64,000 nucleotides of DNA from Epiperipatus broadwayi (lineage: Eukaryota > Animalia > Onychophora): assembly GCA_028023455.1 (NCBI GenBank), contig JAQFVV010000005.1, positions 15,500,001 through 15,564,000 on the forward strand, given 5' to 3'. Position numbers and translations under genes: made by a program. Every line of letters starts with the position of its first letter. Within the stretch, counting starts at the first letter, position 1. Below are positions 35,835 through 50,700 of the stretch, piece after piece. Below the pieces are notes generated by a model, which made no database searches, had not been told where the DNA came from, and saw only the letters and a list, made by a program, of their open reading frames with translations.

Positions 35835-36200
35835 CCTAGGTTTACCCATCTTCATTATCATAGTTAAGTATTTATCCAAAGAAATTTTACCACACTTTAA
35901 TTTTTCAATAATTAAACATACAATAAAGGCATGAAAAAAGCAAATGATCACCGTGTTGCATTTTTGGTAGAACCATCTTTATCAGTTGACCAGATTTTTG
36001 CCTATATATATCTGCATTATGATAATTTAATGTTCATCTGTAGCAAACTGTCACGATTCAATTTCCAAGTGCGACATCATTTGAAGGCACTTATTTTAAC
36101 AATATCACCTGAGATAAATGTTGAAAATTATTGGGAATCATTTTTAGGCTATAAATTTCTGTTTAATTTTTTAATTCAGATATAAAATTTAAGTTCAGTT
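35795..36200 (-). mobile_element. Decayed PLE GIY-YIG fragment ending in a hammerhead motif
   Basis: The minus strand reads QIYIGK then (frameshift) SGQLIK, upstream of an HHR at 35795-35834. Confidence 0.55.
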
Positions 36201-36250
36201 AAAAATTAATATATTAACTATTAAATTCCAACATGAAATTACTCTAAACA

Positions 36251-36292
36251 TCACATCTGATGAAGGCACAAGCCAGAAACTAGTCTGGGGAT
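36251..36292 (+). ncRNA. Minimal type I hammerhead motif, canonical core, eroded stem I
   Basis: CTGATGA(36257-36263)-a-GGC acaa GCC-a-GAAA-CTAG-TC^TGGGGAT; palindromic ACTAGT stem III; same TC^TGGGGAT 3' strand as the 418-bp unit. Confidence 0.7.
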
Positions 36293-36492
36293 ATTGGATG
36301 AGTAGGCACTAGATAGGGATTTTATGCACAAGCCTTCTGGCATCCATTGGTTACTCTGGTTGGCACAGGGTGGCACTACTACCCTTGATTAATGAAATTA
36401 CTCTTTCAACTCCTCCCTAATAAACTGAATTATATTAGTTTGCTAATGATGATGAAGATGTCTAGATCAATTAATAACAAATGGTTTTAGCA

Positions 36493-36816
36493 CAGGGGTC
36501 CCCAACCTATGCCTGCGGGCACCATGGCACCTGCAGACCATTTTGTGTGCCCGCTGCTATCCTAACACAATAAAAAAATTATTTATCTGATACAAATAAA
36601 TTTAATTTTTAAAATTTCTTATAAATTATTGTATTATATTGTAACCATATTGTAGGGCTTACTATACTTTTACAGCGTAAATAAATATTTTTTTGTACAT
36701 TATGTGTATTATTAACAATATCCAACTATAAATTTACATTGAAAAAATAAATGGTGCCCCCCACCTGGCGGGTATTATAGAATCTGCTCTTAAGTGCAAA
36801 AAGGTTGGGGCCCCTG
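36493..36816. mobile_element. hAT-type non-autonomous DNA transposon (MITE)
   Basis: Terminal inverted repeats CAGGGGTCCCCAACC ... GGTTGGGGCCCCTG, the CAGGGG terminus typical of hAT/Charlie MITEs; no 8-bp TSD preserved. Confidence 0.75.
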
Positions 36817-37837
36817 TTGTTGTTTTTTTTCCTTTTTTATTTTACTCTTCTAAGAACTTATTTGCAATTTAGTGGCAACTGTATTAGGTTGCTATAAGTG
36901 GGGCTTCTACCTAGAAAAAAAAAAAGAAATATTTATAGATAACTGACTAGATATTTTTATACATCTAGTTATAGTCAGTAAATTGGTAATCCAGTATTGG
37001 TCTGCAAAAAAAAATATTAATTTTAACTTGGGAATAAATGTTCTGGAATAATCTGGTAGTCAGATTAATAACTTTAAGGAAATCATGATTATAATACAAT
37101 GCAACTTTTACCATTAATGATGCAGTTGCTAAACATCTATGAATGCTAAGCCAGAAATAGATAATCATTTACTCATCAATATTAGCTGGGTTTGTTTTAG
37201 ACTGACTACTTGAAAAAATCCAAAATGTCCTTGGAAATTTTGATCACCTGAAAAAGTTCAAGCTCTATTCAGGGCTCAAATCCTAGAGTTTGAATATGAT
37301 TTCATACTTTTTACACACCTATTTATATGTGTATCTATTTCTAGTACAGTATTTGACTTCCTCCCACTCCACCACCATTTCTGTCAAAAGATATTGATCT
37401 AGGTAACTAGAATAAAAAATATATTTCACGAATTTTTTTATTGTTTTGTAATAATAATGGTGAAATTATTCTATCAGTTATGAACTACCATATTTTATTT
37501 TGTTTTTTTAATTCAAAGAAAATCACATGAAATTAAGATGTTTTCATTAAATTTTTAATTTGTTTGGTTTTTCCTATTTTGAGTTACAATTTCTATAAGT
37601 TTTTTGTGTTGATAATTGAATTTTTTAATATGTAAGAATATCAGTGAAACTTTTTTGTTAAACATAACATAACTTTACTAGTCTATTAGATGCTTATGCC
37701 ATTGAATGAGATAATTTAATTGGCTATGATAATGATAGAATTTATTACATTTATGTTGTTTTTTATTTATGTTAGAAAACCATAAGATGTTACTATGACA
37801 TAATAAATAATTGTAATTTGTATTTCTTTGTTATTAG

Positions 37838-37898
37838 GTGGCGTAATAAGCTTATTAGCTCTTAATGGTATCTTCATTCTTGTTCACAATTATAATTT
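37838..37898 (+). CDS. NOC4L: NOC4L exon (phase 1-2)
   Basis: ttattag / gtaagt; (G)GVISLLALNGIFILVHNYN(L), the conserved G..SLLALNGLF.L motif of Noc4. Confidence 0.96.
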
Positions 37899-39628
37899 GT
37901 AAGTATAGAAAAAAATATTTTTTTCAGTTTTTTTTTTTTTTTTCAAAGATTTTACTGTGTTAATGATTAAAAATTTTGATTTAAAAGTAATGTATATTTG
38001 CTTTTATGTTTTACAATTTTTGCAAATAAGTAACAAATTAAGCGATAGTCATTTTTTTTGTTTATAATTTTATTACTAATAAAGTGTTTATATTTTTACA
38101 TATATATTGCGTTGGGTGTCTTGTTCGCCACAGGGAAATCATGTAGTTACAATCTAATTCTAAGAGTCTCTCCCTCTCCCTGATCACCTAGCCAAATAAA
38201 ATGAAGTATTATGTGGTGTGACAATGAATTGTGGTGGTTTAAAGTCACCCTAATGGTGATTTTGTTGTCGGCTCATCCCGGCCATTACAATACATATAAG
38301 TCATTGGACATTATCTGCAACTACATAATTTAAATATCCCTTTTGAAACGATTTATTTTAAGTAAAAAATGTTAATAAATAATGCAAATAGATGTTTATG
38401 ATATAGAAAATTTTTTACCAAGATTGATAGCTAAGAAAAATTACTTTAAGCCAAAAATTTATAGTTGTATATTTAAGAGCTCAATAAATAAGATGGGATA
38501 TATTATGAATAAATTGACAATTGTAATTGAAATCAGTCCATCAAGATGCTATATATTGGCTTTTAACTATACTGCAGGTGTTTCTTATTTATATAAAATC
38601 CACCTTATAAAAATTCTTATATTAAAAAGTATCTGACAAATACACACTAAACACCCTAAATATACTTTACTATTCAGAGATGATTAATAATTCACTTGTT
38701 CAGTGCGAAAGAAGGGAAAGTGCCTTTTATTAGCAGCAAACTCACTTTTTTTGCCCTGAATTAAAAAGGAAATGGAGATATCTTTTATTCATTAGCAGAA
38801 AAAAATTTTGGCTTTTGAATAATTAATTAATTTAACAATCCTAAATAAAGTGAGAGGGGGAGAGGATATTTTACTTGCAATCATTAGGCAGCAAAAGTTT
38901 ATTTTTTTATCATAGTGTCCAAAATTGTATAATAATTCATCTTAATAATGTAAAAAAAAAAAAGATTTTATTTAGAAAATTTGCTCATCATGTTTTAATT
39001 TATTCTCGAAATGTTAATTTATTTTATCCTGGTAGAATCCTGTTTTGAAATTTGGTTAATATTAAAGTCCATGAGAATAATGCATGCACTTTAATATTTT
39101 AATATTTTTGAACTCAAATGCAAAAACAAGACTGATATTTCCACACCAGAAACCAATTATGCAAAATACTGGATCCTAGATAAATATAGTTTGGCAAGAT
39201 GTCAGTATGTCCATTTAATGGCCACTTTTATTATGGTATTCAAGATGAACTTAGTACTTTCAAATATTTTAACGCTTTGAAGCTAAACAAGGCTAAGAAT
39301 TCTTTGCATTGATATCTTATGACCATTGATTTATTCTTGAGTTCCATAATTAGTTTTTAAGTGCATGAATTCAGTTTATAACTAAGGTAACTAAAATAGA
39401 TAAGTACTGATCTACTTTGCATTTGAAACTATAATATTTTAATAATAATGGCAATATTTGCCTTTGATAAGGGCAACTAGTTAGAAAATGGTTTTGGGAA
39501 TCTGTTTTGTACTTTCATCTAGTGTTTTTAATGACTCGTTTAATATTTATATTATTGGGAGCAAATAATTCAAAGGTCATTTCTATTTATATATATATAG
39601 TTTTGTTTTGTTCTTTTTTATTTTATAG

Positions 39629-39739
39629 AGATTATCCTGACTTTTATACCAAGCTATATGCTCTAATTGATCCCACAGTGTTTTATGTTAAATATGGCCA
39701 AAGATTCTTTTATTTTCTGGATTTATTTTTGACTTCTAC
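39629..39739 (+). CDS. NOC4L: NOC4L exon (phase 2-2), CBF domain
   Basis: ttttatag / gtaagt; DYPDFYTKLYALIDPTVFYVKYGQRFFYFLDLFLTS(T), the YPDFY.KLY motif of CBF/Mak21 proteins; also seen in ORF 39507-39743. Confidence 0.97.
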
Positions 39740-40184
39740 GTAAGTATTTCTTAGTGTTTTATAAAGTTTTAACAAACTAATAATATATGCATGCATTTAA
39801 TTATAGTTTTTAGATTCAATTCACCAATATTTCAGCTTAATTTTACTTGCTTTTGTTTGGTTGGTAAAAGTGTTACATTCAAAATTACTGTTATATATAG
39901 TAAATGCAGAATAAATTAAGAAATTTTATTGCATCTGCCTAAGTTTTCTAATACATACATAAATAAGGAGACATAGTAACTTTTTTCTGTATAAAATACA
40001 TTAATAAACAAGATTACATCTTCATTATTATTACTATACTTAATATAACTCCATATTAGATAGATAGATTTACGTTAATGCTACACCATAAATATCATCT
40101 TGATGATTTATTCACCATTAAGTAATCTACTCTTGAATAATGCAAAGTTGTTGTTTTTTTACTTTTATCAGTTATTAATGAAAC

Positions 40185-42413
40185 GCTGAACCAAAACCCG
40201 TGGGTATGCTTCTTATTGCTGTAAATCAGAATTTCTGCACAGGTCTTAATTTGCTGCCACCTCTTTACTATCATTTTAGTTGCAAATTTGCAGTAATCCT
40301 GAACTTACATTATATGCCTTTGGTGAAATTCCTCAAGATCATGGTATTTCTAAGTCTGACATTATGCTTAAGCTAAAATCACTGCTAGATAGCATTCATT
40401 CTGGGTCTCATACTATTACTAAATTTCTTCTTTTGCATATTAATTATTTCACATTACTTCTTATTATGAATTTGCTCAACTTTTTATATAAGCAAGTTCA
40501 TCACATTGATGGACTGTATCCAGTTTCACTAGTTCCATTTTTCAAACTGAGTACTCTTCCCTCCTCTCTAAATAACCTTTGTCCTATGTTTTTTTTTCTC
40601 CTTTTGCTTATCAAAATCATTGAATCTGTTATCAAGGATAAGATTTAGTCTATTCTGCTTTCTATCTCAGACTTATCAATTTATTAAAAAAGATGCATCC
40701 ACTTCAATGCTATGTAAAAATTTTATTGATCATGTTAGATTTTCTAGAAAAGCCAACTCCATAGCAATACAGATAGATATCTCATTTGCTTTTGATTCTG
40801 TGCCTATTGATTCGTTGAGTTATTACAATCTCTGAACTTAACCTGTTCCTATTTCTATATATTTTAGCCAACCTTTTAACACACAGAATAATTTTTATTT
40901 CTCTAAATGGCAAAAGGTCTCCAGGATTTAAGCCATTTAATTCAATTCTGCAATGTTCTCCTTTGAGTGCCTTATTATTTATATTAACCCCCTTCTTGAA
41001 ATAGAAGAGAAATTACTTAGCATTCTTATTCCTTTGATTAATAAGATAGTCAAGCATATAACCTTTATGGATGATCCTTGTCATTTTTCTTAGCTCCAAA
41101 AAGTATCTTCCTTTCTTTATTACCATTATGGAAGATTATATTGCTCAGTTTAAGCTTTAATTTAACCTCAACAAATCATCCTCATGGAAGATACTCTCTG
41201 GCAAAAGTATTTCCTTTCACTGTACCACCGCATAACTTCATTGGATTTCCTATTTACAAATTAATAAATGTCGTGAGAACATCAATTCAGAATTCTCTTT
41301 TTTCATCTGTGGAAAATATAATTGATTCTCTGTTCAGAGCATACCTTTCTCTGCATGCAAAAATCTCTCAACATCTTGATTTTTCCAAAAAATGACTTAT
41401 TATATACTAATTATCAATCATACTAATGCATTTAAGAAAAAAATGTTGCGATCAGTATTAGAATCTTACTCAAACATACCAAGAATAATGGCCTTTCTTT
41501 TCACTCAATCTTTATACATTTTATTTTCAGAAGTCATTTAATGCTGCCTATAAATTTGGGTCTGAGAACCCAGATGCTCTGAAATTTGTCTTGGTTAATC
41601 CTACTGATCTGATACACTGCTATCCTATACCGGTATGTTTTTTCAATCTATAATCAAATATATTTCTACTTATATTGATCCGAGTCAGAACACTTAGCAG
41701 GCTAGTAATATGACTTATAGTGATAACCAATCTCAACAACTATCTACTTAATCTCACTAATGAACAGATTATATCAAAATTCAAATTCTGGCATCTGGAA
41801 CCAAATACCTTGATTTCCTTATTAAAATCAATTTAGAAGCTCTATCCACTAGTCCTTGTTATCAGAAAGAATGGTGAATAAAAACATTGATCCTTCTAGT
41901 CCATTCTGTCACAAATCTGAAGAGACAATACATCATATTTTTCTGTAATGTCCTGCTCTTTTTGTCCATAGAAATGTTATTAAGTCAACCACCAGATTAT
42001 GTGCTCTATCTATCGTCATTGGTAATATAAAACATGGTCTCTTTCCCTCAATTAGGATTACTATTTTCATTATGTTTACCCTTTGGTTTATGAAATGCCA
42101 TTTTTGTTTTAATCATACATCCACTAAATTGCAGTCCATGTTTTACAATAAGATACTTAAAATCAGAAATAGAGATAGGGCATTAGCCCCTCTTCAAATA
42201 TCATATATGCCACATAGAACTTTGTTTATCTTTCTTTTCCTCTGTAAACAGTTGTTTTTTCCCTATGTATGTGTTACATGTACTTTTTTTATTACTACAT
42301 GTAAACAATTTTATATGCATGTATTATCTATTTGTAAAGAAATATATTTTCTAAATTTTCTTATATATAATATTTGAATATACTCAATAAAAAATTTAAC
42401 TTTAAAAAAAAAA
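40185..42413 (+). mobile_element. Decayed 5'-truncated L1/Tx1-like LINE with poly(A) end
   Basis: Broken frames give IQIDISFAFDSV, a QCSPLSALLF-like segment, YMDD, and a C-terminal PFCHKSEETIHHIF (CCHC-like) segment; aataaa followed by an A-run at ~42400. Confidence 0.75.
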
Positions 42414-44450
42414 GTTAAAGGTGAGGATTATATATGATGCAATGCTTATCTATTATTCAAGGACAAATATTTGTAAATACTCCAAGAATTAATCCAGACA
42501 TCCTATATTTTTATCCATTTTATGGAAATTCAGAACAAAATTGTTTGTAATCAATTAGTAATATAGTTTTTCATTAATCTGTTATAATACCAATCAATAT
42601 TTTGATCACGAATTGATTATGATATATTTCTGTGTCCAGATCAAATGACCTTCCTTTGTCAGGTAAATGTCAAAGGTATAATAGATTTAGTCAATTTGAT
42701 CTTATATTTATTGCATACTAATGCCTTAAAATTAGAGGTGAAAACTATTTTGGTAATGCTGAAATCATTAATTTTGATCTTGGTATAAATGTTAGTAGAA
42801 TATACTGTTGCATGTGTCATTGTTGGACGGTGAGATGATTAACAATAGTGCTTGCTTAATTTTGAATTTCCCTTTCATGCTTTTATCCAATGGTAGAGCA
42901 GTAGTCTGGAATTTAAGATTCATGTATTGCATCCTTCTCTGTTAGTTCTAATGTTTCAACTTATGAATTCCTAAGAAATAAAGCCATTTGATTATTTAGT
43001 AGTTGTTTGTTTGTTTTTTTAATTTTTGAATTCTCTTTAAATTAATGACAGAATTCCAATGAAAACTTTGGTTTTTGAATATTTTATAAGGATAGGTTGA
43101 AACATTTAACTTTTTGAAGATGAGAGTGGAGAAATGTTATCAAGTGTAAAGCTGGTTTTTGTAGCTTTGGTGGAGTTCATCAATCAGAGTATAAAATTTA
43201 AACATTTGCAGCTCTCTACCCCCTAAGTTTTAAAGGAATTCTTTCTTCTGAATGAGACCACCAACTATGATTGTTTACTAATATAAATAGCAAAATATTT
43301 AAGCACTCCTTTATTCACCAGTAAAATGTAATATTTTTATTAAATTCTCTGATCCAGCTGAAAGTTTTGCCTGTTAACAATTGATAAATACATAAAACAT
43401 GTTGGTACTTATATGTATTGGGTGTATAAGGAAATATTCAAATGTTATTGCTATTCCTATCAGAATTAATATAAGAAACTGCATAAAAGATAGTGGGGGG
43501 AAAAAAGAATATTTCTGAAATACATTGATTAGAAGATTACTAAAATAAAGATAGTATAACAATAAATATACAGTCTATTGCAAAACCATGAACTGTAACC
43601 TTGAGTAATCTATGGACACAAAAGAGCTATTATGTTACCCTTCTTAAACAACTTTCGGTGATTGTGTTGCAAACAAATAGCCTGAAGTGAAAAATAATCT
43701 TAATGTTTTAAACTTGTGCTAATTTTCTTGAATAAATATATAGAACAATAACCAAATAACTACCGATATATATTTTAATAACCTCAGTCTTATGATAATT
43801 GTATGTCTTTTTAACCCTATAGCTAGGTTGTTTATATAATAAAATATTCTATGATTTTTTTTCTATTTACTCTTAACATATGCATTTAAGAAAGGTTATT
43901 TATTATTATAAGCATAAAACAGACCACTAAAATGTATAATATACTAGTCTATTATCAGATCTATATAGCTATTTTTGCAAGTTGATGCGGATTCAAATCC
44001 TTAGGAGTTCTTAAAGATGGCTACTAATTATTTAAATACATTTGCTTTAGATTCAAATTCTAAAACTATAAGCTAGACATTAGTTTGAGAATATGAATGT
44101 AATAGCCTTTGGCATCTAGTGTTCATTGATTACTCAAGCTTAAAATAGATGTCTGTGAGATAGGATGAAGAAAACTGCTCCTGAAAACTTACATCAAGTG
44201 TAAATTGGATAAGTCATGTGTTATTTTGCTGATATCTCTTGTAATATATTGAAAGTATGAAGCAGTAAAATGATGTGAAAGAACTTGATATTAGAGTTTG
44301 ATTTTGTATGCTCCAGGCAAATAATATTGCAAAATTTATATTTTTATTTTTGCAATTCTTTATGCCAATGTTAATAAAAATTGCTCCATACATTTCTATA
44401 TAATGCATATTTTTACATATTTAGTACTTAACAATCTATATTTACTTTAG

Positions 44451-44614
44451 GCATATCCCTGAATATCTGGTTGCTGCATTTATAAAGAAATTATGCCGAG
44501 TGGCTCTAATGGCTCCACCAAATTCTCTCATGTTTTTAATTCCATTAATCTGTAATTTGCTTATTCGGCATCCAAATTTGAAAAAAATGGTTCACAGTCT
44601 AAATGGAAGAGGAG
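44451..44614 (+). CDS. NOC4L: NOC4L exon (phase 2-1), CBF domain
   Basis: tactttag / gtaaat; HIPEYLVAAFIKKLCRVALMAPPNSLMFLIPLICNLLIRHPNLKKMVHSLNGRG, the HLP.YLVAAF.K.L.R.AL.APP motif. Confidence 0.97.
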
Positions 44615-45339
44615 GTAAATGTTTTGTGAAAACAATTTCTATTTTGATGTCTTTTATATGTAGATAAATCTATGTGTTTACAATTTAATACTCTTATTCT
44701 TTTGGCATATATAGATACAATGTTATTAATTCTGCTACTGAAAATTCAGTAACTTTTATATGCAGATATTTTATGTATAATAGAGAGATTGAAAATTAAA
44801 TCCAAACTTTATTATTTTAATATGAATTAAGTTTTATTTAATTAACATTGTAATTTTATTCTTTAATATACAACCATTAAATAACAATAATAAATATGAT
44901 ACAGTAAATAAATTAATATTTGAAAATCAAGTTTAAAAATACTGTTAGTTCAGTTAGGTCTATAAATTAAAAAGTAACATGAATACTATACTTTATTTTT
45001 TATCATATTATTTATTCATTTCAGAATTAAACTTTTGCCATTGATTACTCGTAGAATTTACAATAAATATTTGCAAGTCACAAGTGGATGTAAAAATATG
45101 GTAGTTATTTTCTATCAGCATAGAATATATATATATATTAACTCTTCAAGAAATCATCTTAACGATATCCTTTTAAAACCATGCTGGTAGATTTATAGAT
45201 ATTAAAAAAAATAGTTTTTAGTCATTAAAGATCATTTCTGTGTATTTTTTTTTTTTTTTTTAAATGAATATTTTTTAAAAAAAATTTTCCCTAGTTTTAT
45301 TTTGTTTTTAAAAATATATATATTGTAACCTTTTAAAAT

Positions 45340-45560
45340 AAAGAGAGAGAGGGAGAGATAAGAAGGAAATGGAATAAAGGAGAGATAATGATAAAGATAA
45401 ATGATGAAAATGAAATGAGAGAGGCCAATTGTAACCTAGTAAAATAGAGAGAGAGAGAGATAAGAAGAAAATAAAATTAAAGAGAGAGAAATGAAATGAG
45501 ATGATAAAAAGAAATGACATGAAAAGAAATGGAATAGAATTGAAATGATGTAAATGAACT
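45340..45560. repeat. Purine-rich simple repeat ((GA)n and AAATG-like)
   Basis: Runs of gagagaga and aaatgaaatg; ORF 45308-45520 is its low-complexity translation. Confidence 0.8.
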
Positions 45561-47099
45561 ATAAATTAGAGACTAAACGACTCGGCTCAGTGGGGTTACA
45601 ATAAATTTAAAGAAAAGAGATGATGATTCAGAGATGTATAATAAAATAAAGGTCAGATCCCATAGTGATAAACTATAACTACTACAGCTTATTGATATTT
45701 TAATAAACCATATAAAAGATTATCTAAATCACTACTCAATGTTTACCATATTAGTCCTACCAATAAATCATACACTCGCTGAATAAGACCTATGATGCTT
45801 TATTTTATAATATTATCTTATAGAATTATATTTACTAAAACAACAAGAGTAAATAACCTCAGGGATTTTAAAATTAACACTCTTGTATAAAATTAAAGTT
45901 TAAGTTAAGTTGCCTAACAAAGAATTACTATGATTAGTAATAAATAAGTGACATCTTAGCTGACCATAAAATAATTATAATATGTTCAATCTTAAAATAA
46001 TAAACAAAACAAATATTAATTCATAAAATTTAATGAATCAATTCAAATTTAACTAATAATGGCCTATTATCTAAGATATTACTTGAGCAAAGAAAAGAGC
46101 AAGGGTACTTTTAATGCCTTTCCAAACTCACAGACAACCACTAAAGACCTCAAATGCAAATGGATTAGAATTCTTTAAATATATAAAATTTAAGATGATG
46201 ATAGATAGTGTGCAATAAATGTAAGATAAGATAATGTGCAGCTTTTAAAATAATATTAATTAAAAAATTCTTCTAAAGCACCAATATTGTTAATCTGATA
46301 TTGCATAATCTTTAGTCTGAAAAGATATACTGATAATTTTAAAAAAATAAACTTTTAATTAAGTATTTAATTATGTATCTGCTATAATGCAATTATCTGT
46401 ATTTGTGATTCCATATGAGAATCATTTACTTTAACATAGCTTTTTTTTAAGACAATATCAATTGTATTTAGTTAACTTAGAATCTACTTGTAAATTTCTG
46501 AATTAAAGATTCAATAACTTTAAAATTTAAGACTTTGTGAACTTGGAACCCAAGACAATGATATATTTTCATATAAAAGTAAAACAAACAAACAAAACTT
46601 TTGAAATAATAATAATTTGATTTATTAATAATGAGAAGAAATGTTTATAAATATAGTGGAATACAAACAGTGCCAATACTGCACTAAGATTTTATATAAT
46701 TATTTGGACTAATTATAACATATTCAACAATACTTTTGAAAATATCATCACTAGTTTCACAGATATGACTAATATCACAGCTAGATATATCTTTATATTA
46801 GGTTAAGCTAATACTAAAATTAAACTAACTTAAGTGTATGGGACAATCATTCATCAGAGATCAGTTATACTTTTTTTTTAAAATAACTTTAGTCCACATA
46901 AAATTATTCCCTCAATGTTATAAAACTAATAATATAACAGACTTACAAATCCAGCGGCAAAACTCTGGATGAAAATATTAAATTATTATGTGTGAATTGC
47001 CACTTATACCATATGCATATTTAATATACTTTAAAATAAATATAACTTATTGTTGGTTAGCTTGTGTGTGATAAAACTATCATAGCAACACAATTCAAA

Positions 47100-47700
47100 C
47101 ATTGATATACCTATGAGCTATAAATTAGCTACAACTACCTGAAGAAATACATTTCCTCAAACAAGCATATCTTGTCATCACAAATCTAAAACAAATGCAA
47201 CATCACCTACTGTGGTGGAATTAGCATTAAGTTATCATGAATGATAGGCAAAAAATATAAAGATACTAGGCTCCTCAGAGCTGGAAAAGAATATGGTGGC
47301 TTCCAAAATACCTAACTTCGAGGCAAAACAGAGATGTCTGGTATTTATCTTCAGTACATCTGGGAACAGGAACACTCACCAGAAAAGCATAATCCTCTCT
47401 CATGGGATTTTCAATGCTTATAAATGTGATTATCATCACTGAAAAATACAATATAATAACCCTCTTTTGGGAGCAAGCACTATCAAATCATGGAATTACA
47501 TTACAATAAGGATGGAGGATACTCTCGACTCCATAAACATATTCAAAAATTATGAACTAAGACTAATTCTTGAGGCTACCAAATTCTAACTAATAGCAAG
47601 ATATATACTTCACTTAAACTAACTAAGTTATTTCCAAGAAATTTATAAAATACAAAACGTATATCCAATATTCGAACCAACAAAGCAAACTATATGTCAA
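47100..47700 (+). mobile_element. Possible highly decayed LINE RT relic
   Basis: Weak similarity to the DF..A and G..QGD.LS segments (ctcatgggattttcaatgct; ggatggaggatactctcg); many stops. Confidence 0.25.
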
Positions 47701-50700
47701 CTGACTACTGTAGAAAATACTTTAAACTTAAATGCATATAAATTCTAGGCAAGGCACAATGCACACATAACAAAATATTAAAGGCTAAAAATATCTACTA
47801 GTGGACTTTTAAAATTGTAAATTAAATGCAAGAATATTTACTTCTCATGAATATAAAATATTTGTAATTATTCTTAATATAACATTCATAAAACAAATGA
47901 ATGGATATTCTCTGATAAACTTCTTTAATAAGTTTAAAATAAAAATTGAATAAAGCATCCCATTTATATGAAAATAAGACTGATATTTAAGTCTCTATAA
48001 CTAAAATTATTCAATAGAAACTAACTAGTGTAATGCTTGATGAATAAACTAAAATGGCAAGAAACATTTGCTCATTCAAATAAACCTATTTCGTTTTAAA
48101 ATTATAACCCTAGTTTACCTGTATATTTATGCAAAAAAGTGTTACATAAAATTTAATAGCATAAATATTTTTATGGTTTCATTCTTTTTTTTTTAAAACA
48201 ATAAAACAAACAATAAAAAAAAAATAATACATTAACTTAAGTTCATATTTCGGCTCCGTGATGATTTTTCCATTTCATAATGTGTAGACAATTTATCCAG
48301 GTTTAGATATCTATTTAAATTCGAAGCATCAACTAATACATTTATATACATGGCAATCATTTCCAAACGAAAATGTTCAGTAGTTCTTTATATAAACACT
48401 TCCACTTTCTTTTATCTTTAAAGATAATTTTAAATATTAGAATAATAAGACATCATAAGCATAAACATAAGTTGGCACTGGAAAATAAATTATTCAACTG
48501 AGTAGCATAAGTATAATAAGCATAAGTATAAGTAAAATAAGCCTGCATTGAAAACAATAAATTCTTCAGCTGAGTACATGTTTTTTTATATTTATAATCC
48601 TAGGTTCAAACGCGGAATAATTATAATATGTCTATTTAGTTAACTTTCACTGTTCTTCTTTAGATAAATGCATTTTTTTTTTTTTTAAATAGAGCTCTTT
48701 TTTTTTAAAACGTTTCTTAATATTTAAAAATGTATTTTTTTTTTTTAAGCAAATTTCCTTTTATTTATTTTTAAAACATAAGAATAGACTTTGTTTATAA
48801 TTAAGGACGCTCCTTGGTTTATGTGCTACGATCAACGGTCATAAAGTTACTTATAAGTACTGGCAATTATAATCAAACATTATGCATTTGATAGAGACAA
48901 GTTCATTAATAATATTTTTAAATTCATTTAAAGTTTTACTTCCAAACAAATTCTTTTCATGTTACTGGCATAAACGAGAATTAGCATTTTAAAATACATA
49001 TTTTCTTCTTAAATATTATTCTTTTAAGAGCATATTTACATGTATATAGCATGCATTAATAATGCAGTATTAAATTTAATGTCACTTTTAATTTATAAAG
49101 AAGCTAACGCATTTTCATTTTAATATTTTAAAATGTTTGAATGTCTTTTTTTTTTTTTAATTTCTTCTTCATGTGTATTTTTAATTTAATGGGAGATATA
49201 TTATATTTTAGTGCAATAAAGTCTTTAGCCATAACAATACTTAACAATTTAAGTTTTACTTCTAAATAAAGAAAAATGAATAGATAAAAAAATAAATGAA
49301 ATATGAGACGCTGGCTTTTCTTCAAACATTTTACTATAGATTTTAATGTCTCAATTGTGATGAAAAATTTGTCAGAAAATGGAATTACCTTTCTTTTAGC
49401 CCTTCTTCATTCCAAGACGATTTTTAAATAATTATTTTAAACATACTTTTATTTTATAAGTTTTAAAAATTTACTTTTTGTTAAAGAACTTTTAAGATTC
49501 AGCCACAGGTAGAATTAAAAACAGATCAGCGACTGAATGGTCCTGGCTCCCTCTTTTATCTAATAATCTTTTATACCCCCCCCCCCTTTGATCAATTGGC
49601 TTGTAAACCAAGCAAATTATTTTTTATTACATTTTTCTATTCTTGACAAATCCATTGTTTAACAAATGTTATGTATTACCTTTTTAAATAATATTTTTTT
49701 AAACATAATAGTAATAAATATAAAATTCAGAACTATCCCTCTTTATTAACTTTTAAATATTTCTTTCATAAATTTATATCCATCCATTTATTTATTTATT
49801 TTTTATAAATATTAGAATTAAAATATTTTTTATTTTTATTTTATTCTTATGTTTATGTATCTTTCTTGCACACACACACACATTTCCATATACGGGTAAT
49901 CTATAAATATGAGCTCACCCATTGTTTAAAAGTTATTCTTTTAAAATTACAAAAATAAAATATTATCAAATATTTAATTTTAAATAATTTTGTAAGTGGA
50001 ACGCTACTATCTTACATCTAATAAATACTGTTATATTGTTTTAATAAAACTTACAGATTATTTTTTTAAATTTATTACTATTCATTCCAACTTATTTATA
50101 ATATCCCATTACTATCATTTAGACATCAAAATGAATTATACAATAGTTACTTTTAATATTACTTACAAACTGACAAATATTTCTGATAGCTTTCTTTTTT
50201 TAAAATTCAAATTATTATTTAGCATCTCTTACCAATCTAACTCATATATCTTTTTTCAAATACTTAGACATAATTCCATAATATACAATAATGATTACAA
50301 TCAATACAAGATTATCCTATTTTAGTCATTAACTAATTTAATTTTCATTTTTATCATTATTTTTTTTTTTTAAAATCAGACAATTTCAAACCAAAAGGTT
50401 AAGCTAAGATAACCTTTGGCTCCTTTTGGAACTAAGGGAAACTTTAGTTAGGCACAATATATATATCATTTATTTGATTTTTACATGGTTTATTTAACTT
50501 ATTATGCTTTTTTTTTTTGTCTATTAATCTGAGAAATTCTATAACTCAATTTTTACCCATTTTTTATTTGCCAATTTAATTGAAAGTTTGTATGCATATA
50601 TCTTTCCAATGACAATACTTTTTTTTTTTTGAGATTGCAAACAGTTCTAGCAAAAATTTAAATATTCAATTTTATATGGGATTCATATTATCTATGGGAC

